Shown here piece by piece: positions 1 to 12,203 of a stretch of 64,000 nucleotides of DNA. Origin of the DNA: Eledone cirrhosa. Lineage: Eukaryota. The position numbers and the translations under genes are program-made. The notes beneath the pieces were generated by a model. It saw only the letters and a program-made list of their open reading frames with translations. It was not told where the DNA came from and made no database searches. Within the stretch, counting starts at the first letter, position 1, and every line of letters starts with the position of its first letter. The stretch is from positions 365,118,001 to 365,182,000 of the forward strand of contig OZ024743.1 in NCBI GenBank assembly GCA_964016885.1, given 5' to 3'.

Positions 1-391
1 TTATTATAGCGAAGTTTAAATTCCGTCGATGTGGAACCGACGTAGTTAAAAGAATTAGAGTCAGTATTAACATTACAATTGTATACTATATTTTTAACTA
101 AGCAGTTGTTATTTAACGGACATTTAGATCTATCTCTACAGTTACATTTGTTAACTTGTATATTATTTATGCTATTATCAGTAGGTTTTAAGTTCCTATT
201 ATTTATTCTATTAATATTTTGTGCTAAATTTTTGGTGGATGAGTAGGTTAATTTAATTGTATGCCTATTGAAGATTGAGTGATACCTATGTGTTCTAGGG
301 AAGCGATTATCAAGAGCTTTGAAAAATAATTTAGCGATGTGGGTTTTAATGTTTAGTGAGAAAGGGGGGGCAAACCAAATTATTGTAGTAT
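1..391 (-). mobile_element. Penelope-like element fragment (Naiad-type linker plus start of GIY-YIG endonuclease), runs off the window start
   Basis: Manual translation of the minus strand gives IWFAPPFSLNIKTHIAKLFFKALDNRFPRTHRYHSIFNRHTIKLTYSSTKN...KCNCRDRSKCPLNNNCLVKNIVYNC...NYVGSTSTEFKLRYN. This is homologous to ORF 23421-24197. It is absent from the ORF track because there is no stop inside the window. Confidence 0.85.
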
Positions 392-704
392 TCTATAATA
401 TTTTTATTTTTATTTTATTTTTTAATATTTTTATATGTAAATTTTTAATACGTAATATTTTTTAATACGTAGTATTTTTAATATGCAATATTTTTATTAT
501 GTAATATTCTTTCGTAATATTTTTTTAGTTTTCTATTCTATATTTTTATATATTTTTACTTATTATTATTATTATTGTTATCTTTATAGACATAGAATAT
601 TCGAAAATATTCTGTATGTTTATAATAAACATTTTGAAGACCTAATCGCTATAGAATAGAATACGTCACGTATTACAATTAGATTCTCGATAAAAGCAAG
701 GGAA

Positions 705-747
705 GTAATCTACGCGTTTCATTCTCGTTAGAAATCATCAGGACTAC
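705..747 (-). ncRNA. Type I hammerhead ribozyme (array 1, copy 1)
   Basis: Minus strand reads GTAGTC-CTGATGA-T-TTCT-AACG-AGAA-T-GAAA-CGCG-TA/GATTAC. Stem I is GUAGUC/GAUUAC, extended by a perfect 16-bp helix (683-698 with 756-771). Confidence 0.85.
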
Positions 748-1014
748 ATATCCAGTGCTTTTATCGAGAATGACACAGCTAGAGACTTATAGAATACTTA
801 GCTGTGTACAGGAACTGGTTTGAAAGAGCGGTTGCCGGTCCGGCAGAAATTAGAAATTGGAATAAATGCTCTGAAATAGCGATATATATGTGAATATAGA
901 CATAGAATATTCGAAAATATTCTGTATGTTTATAATAAACATTTTGAAGACCTAATCGCTATAGAATAGAATACGTCACGTATTACAATTAGATTCTCGA
1001 TAAAAGCAAGGGAA

Positions 1015-1057
1015 GTAATCTACGCGTTTCATTCTCGTTAGAAATCATCAGGACTAC
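1015..1057 (-). ncRNA. Type I hammerhead ribozyme (array 1, copy 2)
   Basis: Identical to 705-747. Confidence 0.85.
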
Positions 1058-1324
1058 ATATCCAGTGCTTTTATCGAGAATGACACAGCTAGAGACTTAT
1101 AGAATACTTAGCTGTGTACAGGAACTGGTTTGAAAGAGCGGTTGCCGGTCCGGCAGAAATTAGAAATTGGAATAAATGCTCTGAAATAGCGATATATATG
1201 TGAATATAGACATAGAATATTCGAAAATATTCTGTATGTTTATAATAAACATTTTGAAGACCTAATCGCTATAGAATAGAATACGTCACGTATTACAATT
1301 AGATTCTCGATAAAAGCAAGGGAA

Positions 1325-1367
1325 GTAATCTACGCGTTTCATTCTAGTTAGAAATCATCAGGACTAC
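1325..1367 (-). ncRNA. Type I hammerhead ribozyme (array 1, copy 3)
   Basis: Same as 705-747 with a single loop II change (AACG to AACT). Confidence 0.85.
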
Positions 1368-1634
1368 ATATCCAGTGCTTTTATCGAGAATGACACAGCT
1401 AGAGACTTATAGAATACTTAGCTGTGTACAGGAACTGGTTTGAAAGAGCGGTTGCCGGTCCGGCAGAAATTAGAAATTGGAATAAATGCTCTGAAATAGC
1501 GATATATATGTGAATATAGACATAGAATATTCGAAAATATTCTGTATGTTTATAATAAACATTTTGAAGACCTAATCGCTATAGAATAGAATACGTCACG
1601 TATTACAATTAGATTCTCGATAAAAGCAAGGGAA

Positions 1635-1677
1635 GTAATCTACGCGTTTCATTCTCGTTAGAAATCATCAGGACTAC
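1635..1677 (-). ncRNA. Type I hammerhead ribozyme (array 1, copy 4)
   Basis: Identical to 705-747. Confidence 0.85.
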
Positions 1678-1944
1678 ATATCCAGTGCTTTTATCGAGAA
1701 TGACACAGCTAGAGACTTATAGAATACTTAGCTGTGTACAGGAACTGGTTTGAAAGAGCGGTTGCCGGTCCGGCAGAAATTAGAAATTGGAATAAATGCT
1801 CTGAAATAGCGATATATATGTGAATATAGACATAGAATATTCGAAAATATTCTGTATGTTTATAATAAACATTTTGAAGACCTAATCGCTATAGAATAGA
1901 ATACGTCACGTATTACAATTAGATTCTCGATAAAAGCAAGGGAA

Positions 1945-1987
1945 GTAATCTACGCGTTTCATTCTCGTTAGAAATCATCAGGACTAC
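1945..1987 (-). ncRNA. Type I hammerhead ribozyme (array 1, copy 5)
   Basis: Identical to 705-747. Confidence 0.85.
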
Positions 1988-2646
1988 ATATCCAGTGCTT
2001 TTATCGAGAATGACACAGCTAGAGACTTATAGAATACTTAGCTGTGTACAGGAACTGGTTTGAAAGAGCGGTTGCCGGTCCGGCAGAAATTAGAAATTGG
2101 AATAAATGCTCTGAAATAGCGATATATATGTGAATATAGACATAGAATATTCGAAAATATTCTGTATGTTTATAATAAACATTTTGAAGACCTAATCGCT
2201 ATAGAATAGAATATCTTTGTTTATAATATAATATATATTTTCGATTAGTATATTGAAATCTGCTCTCTATTTCTGCTTGATAGATAATCTTGTTGAGTAA
2301 TCGCAAGAATAATAATACGCTCAAATTTTTATACCACATAGAGAATGTTTTCCGATAACTTAGTTTGCGGAGTGAATCAGTTGGATTCACATTGAGATTT
2401 GTAGCTGTCACATAGACATATGAATTTTTTAAAACTAAACATAAGATAATGAATTTTCACACATTGTGAATACTTGTTTCATTCAGGAATACTGATATTT
2501 ACAATATAGTGTAAGTTTTATAAATACTAATACATTAAACATAGGGTTTTCTACGCCTCGAATATGTCTGGCTATTTTTAAATTTTTTTCTCTCTCTATA
2601 TCTCTCTATATCTCTCTATATATCTCCCTTACATTAATACTTGAGC

Positions 2647-2681
<35 letters not shown>

Positions 2682-3038
2682 ATGTATCATTGATACACTT
2701 ACTCAAAATGACCTCCCACTACCTAATTTTCTATATATATATATGTATCTATCTCTATTTCCTCTCTCTCTATATATATATATATCTTTCTGTCTCTTTA
2801 CATGAAGCTCTTCGCTTTATCTATTTTTCCATCTCTCTATTTTGTTCCATGCATTTCTTCTTTTTCTTTTTCCTTTTCTTCCTTTTCTTCGTTTTGTCTT
2901 TCTTTCTTTCGTTTTTCCCTCTTTTCTTTCTCTCTTTCTTTCTCTCTGTATTTTCATTGCTAGCGTAAACCTCTTCAAATGAAGTTGATGTTTATTACGG
3001 TATGTCGAATATATTTATCTATAAAACTGTTTATATTG

Positions 3039-3104
3039 TATTTTGTCTGATGAAGGCATAGCATATTGTTAATATGATATCCCCGAAATATATATAATGA
3101 AATA
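3039..3104 (+). ncRNA. Hammerhead-like motif (PLE pLTR remnant)
   Basis: TATTTTGT-CTGATGA-AGG...CATATTGTTAATATG...CCCC-GAAA-TATATA-TA-ATGAAATA. Stem I has two G-U pairs. Confidence 0.55.
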
Positions 3105-3232
3105 AATATGGTTTTATAAATATAGTTTTCCATTTATTTAATATTGTAAATATACTCCAAATATTTGTCGAGTGCTTTTATATCAATTATAAATATTTAC
3201 TAGTTGTAACCCAACAATTTTAAATATAACTT

Positions 3233-3265
<33 letters not shown>

Positions 3266-3270
<5 letters not shown>

Positions 3271-3882
3271 TAAAGTTAGTCCTTAATCAGTGATCTTCCA
3301 ACCATCTTTGGTATTTCATCGCTTTAAAGACCATATACTTCCGGTTGGTGCGAACAACGGCTAAAAAAAGTCGTTGGGACACGTAAATAAAGGGAACACG
3401 AGTGTAAACAAACAAAAATGGTGAAGCAACGAAAAATGAGGAAGAAGGAGTCAAGTCCCAAATTTCTATGAATTTAAATTCGGTGAAATCGTGAACGAGA
3501 GAGAATAAAGACCATCAAACCTGGTTGGAATGTAAGCAAGGAAGGAATTCCGTACAGGTCTAACGGGAAGAAGAAGGGATCTAGTCTGTGAATTCGGTGA
3601 ACGTAAGTTCTGTGAAATCGTAGACGAGAGAGAGAAAAAAGCGACCTGTCTGACCAAGGGTGCGAAAGAAAAGAATTACGCACAGGTCAAACGGGAAGAA
3701 GGAGGAGGAGGAGAGGTAGTAACAGAGAATGAGTGAGTGAAGGGTGAGGAAGAGGCTAACAGAGAGAGTGACTGCTAGAGAGGATAAAGATACAGAGAAA
3801 GAGGAAGCAGTAAGAACGAAATAGACGTGTAACAGCGGGGGAAAAAAATGTGTAAATATGAGAAAAACGTGCTGCGGGGTTG
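3266..3882 (-). repeat. Dispersed repeat (putative PLE pLTR-type unit), homologous to 44190-44848
   Basis: Shares agtcctt..tcagtgat.ttccaaccatc.ttggtatttcatcgc and a purine-rich body with 44250-44720. Flanked by (TA)n. Confidence 0.6.
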
Positions 3883-4044
<162 letters not shown>

Positions 4045-4105
4045 TGGTAAACGGAATAGAAAATGCTAACAAATTGTTCACAGTGAAAAATAGTTTTATT
4101 AGGAA

Positions 4106-5021
4106 CTAGCAGTAAAGCCCGGCGTTGCTCGGGGTCGCTCAGTAGCTGTGTTAAAGTTACAATGTTAAGTTTCTTTTTTGGCTTAAAAAATGTAGTGTCT
4201 ACTGTGCAGACTTGCATGTGGTGTTTTTGATTAATATTCCCTCAACCAACAATATGCCTTATGAAGTTAAGAAAACATAACGATAACCCGAATGTTATAA
4301 CAAAAGAGGATGCTGGGGATAAAAACTGCACTGGTTATTTATTAACAAAGATCGAAAATGTAAACACTGCAACGCAGAGAAAAACATTAGCGTAACCAAA
4401 TTATCAGTTATGTCTGTCTGCACGCCTATATCACCTCTCTGCACGACTGTCTGTCTGCACGCCTATATCACCTCTCTGCACGACTGTCTGTCTGCACGCC
4501 TATATCACCTCTCTGCACGACTGTCTGTCTGCACGCGTATATCACCTCTCTGCACGACTGTCTGTCTGCACGACTGTCTGTCTGCACGACTGTCTGTCTG
4601 CACGCCTAACGACGAAATATTTGCTTGTTTTACGTAGTCTTTAAATAGACTTGTTTTCAAGTAAAAATATTGTTTTAAAATGCTTTTAAATGGAAATGAA
4701 GCAAAACGGAAGCTTAGTGTTCGAACTGATGAATTTAATGTCATTTTAAACGCTGAGAAAGCCAGCGTAATTTTTTACGTAAGACGCTCAATGTAAACAG
4801 AACAAAGGGAAATAACTGATAACTTACGCTCAAAAATCGATACATTATATTCGATTTCGTCACATAGGGTGGGTCAATTTGAAATTTTTTTTTCCGATGT
4901 CTTCGCTAGGGCTCAATGTACAAGTCTAGCAATTTCGGTGCAATTCCGTGAGAGATTCTAAGAGGAGATGTGTGCCAAAAATCGATAGACAGACAGACAA
5001 CCACAGTTTTATATATATAGA
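4106..5021 (-). mobile_element. Non-autonomous Helitron
   Basis: The minus strand starts TC(TATATATATAAAA) at 5021 followed by (TCTG)n. It ends with the GC hairpin CCCGAGCAACGCCGGG (4118-4133) and CTAG (4106-4109). It is inserted between A and T with no TSD. Confidence 0.8.
4411..4606. repeat. 37-bp minisatellite inside the Helitron
   Basis: tgtctgtctgcacgcctatatcacctctctgcacgac x4, then shortened 16-bp units. Confidence 0.9.
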
Positions 5022-5455
5022 TAAATGAGAATTAGTAATTGTATTGGTTAGTATTCAGTTTTGGTTTTAAGTTTTACCGGTTGCGCATTTCTAAATGCTT
5101 TTCAAAAATAATTTTGAGATAGAGCGTCCGTGATGTTTGCTCTGATCTGATTAGTTTTGGGAATTCTACCTGTTTTTATGTTAAAAAAGTGGCTTCAACG
5201 CTATTAAAATAGTTTTTTGCGCCAATTCGTGTTGCAAAGATTCTTGTGGTCAAAACAATTTTGATTGGTCGGTAGAGGTCATGTGAATGTAAAAAATTGA
5301 TTTTGCGCCAAGACTGAGAAATGACTCTTTCACAGCAAATATGTGTGTGTGTGTGTAGTAGTAGTAAAGTGTTCGTTGTTGTGATAATGGTTAGCAGGGA
5401 TGTGTGTGCGAACCGCAGCCTGTTGACAGTTCAAATGCCTATTAAGACAAGTGTG

Positions 5456-5817
<362 letters not shown>

Positions 5818-5886
5818 AAGTGTGTGTGTGTGTGTGTGTGTATAAGTCTCTTTGTATGTTAATGTACGCGTGTGTATGTGTGTGTG

Positions 5887-5954
<68 letters not shown>

Positions 5955-6303
5955 AGAATGTGTGTGTGTGTGTGTGTGTGGGTGGGTGGACAAGTATTTT
6001 TTTTCCCTGGTAAAATGGTGTACATTATTCGATATTTTCAGTAAAATCGATTCTCTCAATAGAACATCAAAAACCTTAACAATAAAAGGTGTGAAATGAT
6101 ATTCACTATATATATATATATATATAGATAGATAATTTAATATATCAACTAACATAAGCGCACAGATGCACGCCCAGGCTAGCAAATACACAGGTTATGT
6201 CATAGTACCTAGGTGGTTCAATGCAGGAGAATGCAGAACAATAATATAAAGGACGTAAAATAAGAAAATATTTTTTAAAAATTTTTTACTTACTTAAATT
6301 TTC

Positions 6304-6385
6304 ACTCCAACTAATTAGTTTCTGCAATGGGATAAAGACAGTTACGTAATCCAACTGTCGAGAATTCATTGCGTCACCAGGGAGT
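6304..6385 (-). ncRNA. Hammerhead motif, mutated core (CTGGTGA)
   Basis: ACTCC-CTGGTGA-C-GCAATG...CATTGC-A-GAAA-CTAATTAG-TT-GGAGT. The homolog at 53777 has the canonical CTGATGA. Confidence 0.6.
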
Positions 6386-6861
6386 CTATTCTCAGTTAAG
6401 TCTCCAGGCAATGCGCGGACACTGGCGGCTCATATAAAAATAATAATATTTCGGTAGATCGAACAGCTTGCGAGGACTGGATTCTATGTACCGAAATTCT
6501 CACTGCTTCAAGCCAAATGGCCGATTCTAAAGAATCAATCACGTGACACAGAGGCTAGTTAGAAGGAATGGGATGGTAAGATGACTGACGCCTACTAACA
6601 CCCCAAAAAAAATTTTTTTAGAAGTGGTTTTGGCAAGTTTGCTCGACAAATCAGTGATTTGGAGATAAATATAGATAATTTAATATATCAACTAACATAA
6701 GCGCACAGATGCACGCCCAGGCTAGCAAATACACAGGTTATGTCATAGTACCTAGGTGGTTCAATGCAGGAGAATGCAGAACAATAATATAAAGGACGTA
6801 AAATAAGAAATATATGGAGAAGAAGTTTATGAAATGGAAATGCGGGTATACAGAATTTATT

Positions 6862-6978
6862 AGGTAACAATTGTTTCTATAGTGTATGGGTTACCTATAC
6901 CTCGCTATTTGAATAATATAAAAATATTATCATAAACCGAAGGTATACTGTAAGCAAACACACCATGTCGTCAGACCT
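6862..6978 (-). ncRNA. Type I hammerhead with enlarged stem II
   Basis: AGGT-CTGACGA-C-ATGGTGTG...(about 70 nt)...TACACTAT-A-GAAA-CAATTG-TT-ACCT. Confidence 0.65.
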
Positions 6979-7279
6979 TTGTATTGGAATGATATGAAAA
7001 TATTTTATACACTAGATAAAAGAGAAAGAAGGAGGTAGGAAGAGAAGGGGAAGAGGGAAGTGAGTAAGGTGGAGGGAGTCCTAGGATTTAATACTGTCAG
7101 ACTAGTAGAGATTGTAAGGAGAGAATGTTTTGGCAGCAGTTAGCTTAATGAGGCGTGTTAGGGTTGGCGGGGGAGGTAAATTCTTCTAGTGGTGTTGTTC
7201 GGACAAAATTTAGTTAAAGGGGTCAAAGTGGTACAGAGTCACAGACAAGTTATTGGGGCTATTATAATAGCAAATTTAC

Positions 7280-7329
<50 letters not shown>

Positions 7330-7441
7330 TTGTAATAAAATGAAAACGAAATTTCATTTCTCACTCTTAGTACGGCACTTACTTAAATGTAAGTATGTAT
7401 GTATACGCACATACATATATGTATACAGACGTACAGTAGTA

Positions 7442-7512
<71 letters not shown>

Positions 7513-7660
7513 GTATACATACATATATGTACGCATCAGTTTAGCGGACGCTTATTATAGCGCCCGCTTTGTTCATTTGTAAACAAACTGAACAGCCTGA
7601 ATTTATGCCGCACGGTGTTAAGGCAGCCACGTCACCTTTTCGTTCAACACTGACACAGGA

Positions 7661-7703
7661 ACGATGTACTAGTTTCAAGCTTGTTAGCTATCATCAGCAC
7701 CGT
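7661..7703 (-). ncRNA. Type I hammerhead ribozyme (array 2, copy 1)
   Basis: Minus strand reads ACGGTG-CTGATGA-T-AGCT-AACA-AGCT-T-GAAA-CTAG-TA/CATCGT. Confidence 0.85.
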
Positions 7704-7939
7704 ATACCCATCTGCCAGATAGTTGAACGTTCGAAAGTATATACTTTCCTTATGAAAATTAACGGCTGAGCAGCCTAATTTGCATATCGAGTGAGTTAAA
7801 TCGGTCAGGCGCACCGAAAACGATGAGTTGTAATAAAATGAAAACGAAATTTCATTTCTCACTCTTAGTACGGCACTTACTTAAATGTAAGTATGTATGT
7901 ATACGCACATACATATATGTATACAGACGTACAGTAGCA

Positions 7940-7997
<58 letters not shown>

Positions 7998-8153
7998 CAG
8001 GTATACATACATATATGTACGCATCAGTTTAGCGGACGCTTATTATAGCGCCCGCTTTGTTCGTTTGTAAACAAACTGAACAGAACAGCCTGAATTTATG
8101 CCGCACGGTGTTAAGGCAACCACGTCACCTTTTTGTTCAACACTGACACAGGA

Positions 8154-8196
8154 ACGATGTACTAGTTTCAAGCTTGTTAGCTATCATCAGCACCGT
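8154..8196 (-). ncRNA. Type I hammerhead ribozyme (array 2, copy 2)
   Basis: Identical to 7661-7703. Confidence 0.85.
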
Positions 8197-8432
8197 ATAC
8201 CCATCTGCCAGATAGTTGAACGTTCGAAAGTATATACTTTCCTTATGAAAATTAACGGCTGAGCAGCCTAATTTGCATATCGAGTGAGTTAAATCGGTCA
8301 GGCGCACCGAAAACGATGAGTTGTAATAAAATGAAAACGAAATTTCATTTCTCACTCTTAGTACGGCACTTACTTAAATGTAAGTATGTATGTATACGCA
8401 CATACATATATGTATACAGACGTACAGTAGCA

Positions 8433-8514
<82 letters not shown>

Positions 8515-8665
8515 CAGGTATACATACATATATGTACGCATCAGTTTAGCGGACGCTTATTATAGCGCCCGCTTTGTTCGTTTGTAAACAAACTGAACAG
8601 CCTGAATTTATGCCGCACGGTGTTAAGGCAACCACGTCACCTTTTTGTTCAACACTGACACAGGA

Positions 8666-8708
8666 ACGATGTACTAGTTTCAAGCTTGTTAGCTATCATC
8701 AGCACCGT
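8666..8708 (-). ncRNA. Type I hammerhead ribozyme (array 2, copy 3)
   Basis: Identical to 7661-7703. Confidence 0.85.
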
Positions 8709-8752
8709 ATACCCATCTGCCAGATAGTTGAATTTTCGAAAGTATATACTTT

Positions 8753-8796
<44 letters not shown>

Positions 8797-8920
8797 GTTG
8801 CACCATAGAACATGTGTGTTTACGTATGTCATTGTGTTTATATGTGGGTAGAGATGTGTGCTGATGTAGGTATGTATGTTGACGTGTGTATGCTGTGGGT
8901 TCTTCTTAGGGAGAAGTGTA

Positions 8921-9998
8921 TATACTTGGGGAGGGTCATATTTGTGTAATAATATTGCCAGAATTAATAACAGAACACACTCACTGTTTGGTTGGTTTTC
9001 GCTTCTGTGTCTTTTATATCGGTTAATTTAATTTATTCGGTCCTCAATGTTGCCATTGACTGACCAACGGTAAAAAATACAGATACAATATAGACACAAA
9101 CATATATATATAGTCTATCAAAGTTCTTTCGTTGCACATCTGCAACACCCTCAGTGGTGCTATTATGTTTCCTCCTGTTGCATTGTATGCCTACGCCATC
9201 TTTATTTAGTCTATTTATTTATTTATTTATTTGTTTATTTTTTGTCTTCTCTGCGCATGCGTTTGCGTGTGTGTATAGTGTTTTGTTTGATGTGTGTTCG
9301 TGTTTGGGTGACTGTGTATTGGTTAATGTATTCTATCTTTACTAGTGTGTGTTTATATGTGTTTGTTGTTATTGTGCTTGTGTATGTATTTATTTATTTA
9401 TTTATACTTCTCTTAGGTCAGTGTTGTTTGTTTGGGTGGTGTTGTTATTCCATTCATTTTTTCTGTTTAGGCCTTCCAAGTTCTATTTCGCTGGCCTCTC
9501 TGATTTGCCTATCTGCTGGGTCATTTCTATGTTTAGATATTATTCTAATTTCTATGTTGTCTATGTTACCGTCGTGTTGTTTTCTGGCATTTTCGTATAG
9601 TACTGAACCGTTTTTACGTCCTTTTAGTTCCCCCCCAGTGTTGGTCTATCCTTTCACCTATGCTACGAGCTGTCTCGCCTATGTATGTTGTTGTCATGTT
9701 TCTGCAAGTACCCTCTGTACATCTTATGCTATAGACTCAGGGCCTTTCTACACTGGTTAGCTAATTTCCCTCCAGGGGTAGCGTCCACAAACATGACACT
9801 CTGGTATCTCTGGTTGTCGTACCATGAGATGGCTTTCCCTATCTTATGTCTAGTCCTATGTAAGCTATTCCATGATTTGCTCCTGTATAATGGGCAAATT
9901 CCTTTCATGTCCAGTTCTATGAGGGGCTTATACTTCTCCGTGGCTCCTTCGTATACTCTGATTCTGTCTCTTTGGTTGTAGCCAAAAACCTCGCAAAA

Positions 9999-10001
<3 letters not shown>
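8921..10001 (-). mobile_element. 5'-truncated Penelope-like element (Neptune-type), GIY-YIG 3' portion plus 3' UTR
   Basis: The minus strand encodes SVMFVDATPGGKLANQCRKAL and VYSIRCTEGTC...YIGETARSIGER. It is a close copy of 51836-53139. A degenerate HHR lies at 9121-9160. Confidence 0.8.
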
Positions 10002-10619
<618 letters not shown>

Positions 10620-12203
10620 AGTAATTAAAGATAAAATAGAAAGATATATACTTTTTTGGGTGTTCATTCAGCATAGATATGCGTATGATTCGGATTGTCT
10701 GGTTTGCTTCAAGTTTTCGTGGCGCTCTAAACTCATGTGCTGCACTATTACATATCGGAGAGATATATTCTTCCTACACCAGCCTGCTGTCCAAGGATAA
10801 GCGAAAAAATACCAAGCCCTCTTTTGCATAGGTAACCTGCAATCTCTAAAGTGCAATGCATGATTTGAAGGGCTTATTTTCCTTAATAGACAATTTCCTT
10901 AAAGTTTTGATGGCTCACTTGTTATTCATCTCAATAAGTTCGCCGCTTCAACATTGCTTTCCATTGTCGATTTTACTGTAACAAATAGAGCGGAGTTGTT
11001 AGCGTAATGGTATAACTCATTTCTATACGCATTGACCCAGTCATCATTAAATACTAAGACCAGAAGGGAGCTCAGTATTGATACTTAGGAAGGATGAATT
11101 GTTAAGAAATTCGTTTCCTAATCATCTTGGACAAATGTTTTTATCAACCTCTGGTTGATCTAAGCCTTGTGACTGAAATTGAGTTGACAGAAACTCCGTG
11201 ACAGACCGGCGGATGGACTGTACTCGCAATTTAAAGGTCATATAGCATCAGGCTGATTTAGTTTATGAATTACGTTAAAGATACATGTGTCTGTGAAATC
11301 ATCAACACTTTACACGTTACATCACGATTTGGACATTCAATTGATCGAACGACTGAATGCTCATCGTTGAAATCGACAGAAAAATCATCATCAATTTACG
11401 GATATATGAATGGATTTATATATGTGCATACATAGGCATACTTAATGGTTTCCCGTATTGATATACTGTCACAAATCTGAAGAGTTAGGTTTTGATTAGC
11501 GAAGAAGGTTCAGCAAATACCTGCTTTTGATTCTAACGAATTCTGAGAGATGAAATGTAACGTCGGCACCAGCGAAATCTAAATTCCTGTAAAAATCGTT
11601 TCGTCACTTCATATTATGAAACTGTTATATTGACACTGATAGCAATAGTATTGATTGTTTTGGTTTGTGTTATTGTTTAGCAGCAGCTCATTCCTGAGAC
11701 ATATAGTCGAATGAATTCTTGCCGTGATCATATAGTTTTATTTTCAGACAACATATAAAAACTTACAATTTCTAATACATACATCTATGAATTGATGGCA
11801 TTTGGCTACTATTTCTAGCTAGATTATCAACCACATGGGATATAACGTTGGCTCGTAATAATAATGGTTGTTGCTATTGTTATTTTTTAATCCTAGAACG
11901 ATTATGACTGTCAAGGGCTCCTTTCCTCTCTGATAAATGAAAACTGTTGTTGGATATAATTTGAGAAACTTGTTTGTTATTTCTAGCACGATTGTAGGCC
12001 CATAGTGACACATCTACTGTTAAAAGATGCTGGCGAGATAGTCATCATTCAAAATATATTAATCACATATATATACTATGTTTATCATTCCATTTCACAT
12101 TCACACTGTCAAAATGACATATAATGAAAGTTTAAAGGTTAAACAATAACTTCAGTAAGCTTATTATTAGACGATCAGACCCCCCGCCCTTCACATACAC
12201 ATA

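Larger units (their letters stand above)
586..2213 (-). repeat. Tandem array of a 310-bp unit (5 full copies plus about 78 bp), each carrying a hammerhead ribozyme; retrozyme/PLE-pLTR-like
   Basis: Units start at about 586, 896, 1206, 1516, 1826 and 2136. They are nearly identical; I saw one substitution at about 1346. Confidence 0.95.
6129..7000 (-). mobile_element. Non-coding PLE pLTR-like composite with about 140-bp direct repeats and two hammerheads; related to 53302-54018
   Basis: Direct repeat 6129-6270 / 6671-6811. Homology to 53376-54018 (actccaactaattagtttctg, ggttcaatgca, ttatctccaaat). Confidence 0.65.
7328..8757 (-). repeat. Tandem array of an approximately 495-510-bp unit (2 full plus 1 near-full), each with an internal (TA)n and a hammerhead; retrozyme-like
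   Basis: Units start at 7328, 7826 and 8319. They are near-identical apart from (TA)n length, and both ends abut (TA)n. Confidence 0.92.

Noticed and set aside
586-2213. CRISPR-like or coding interpretation of the tandem array
   Set aside because: The units are wholly identical with no variable spacers, the context is eukaryotic, and no ORF of 60 aa or more lies within the unit.
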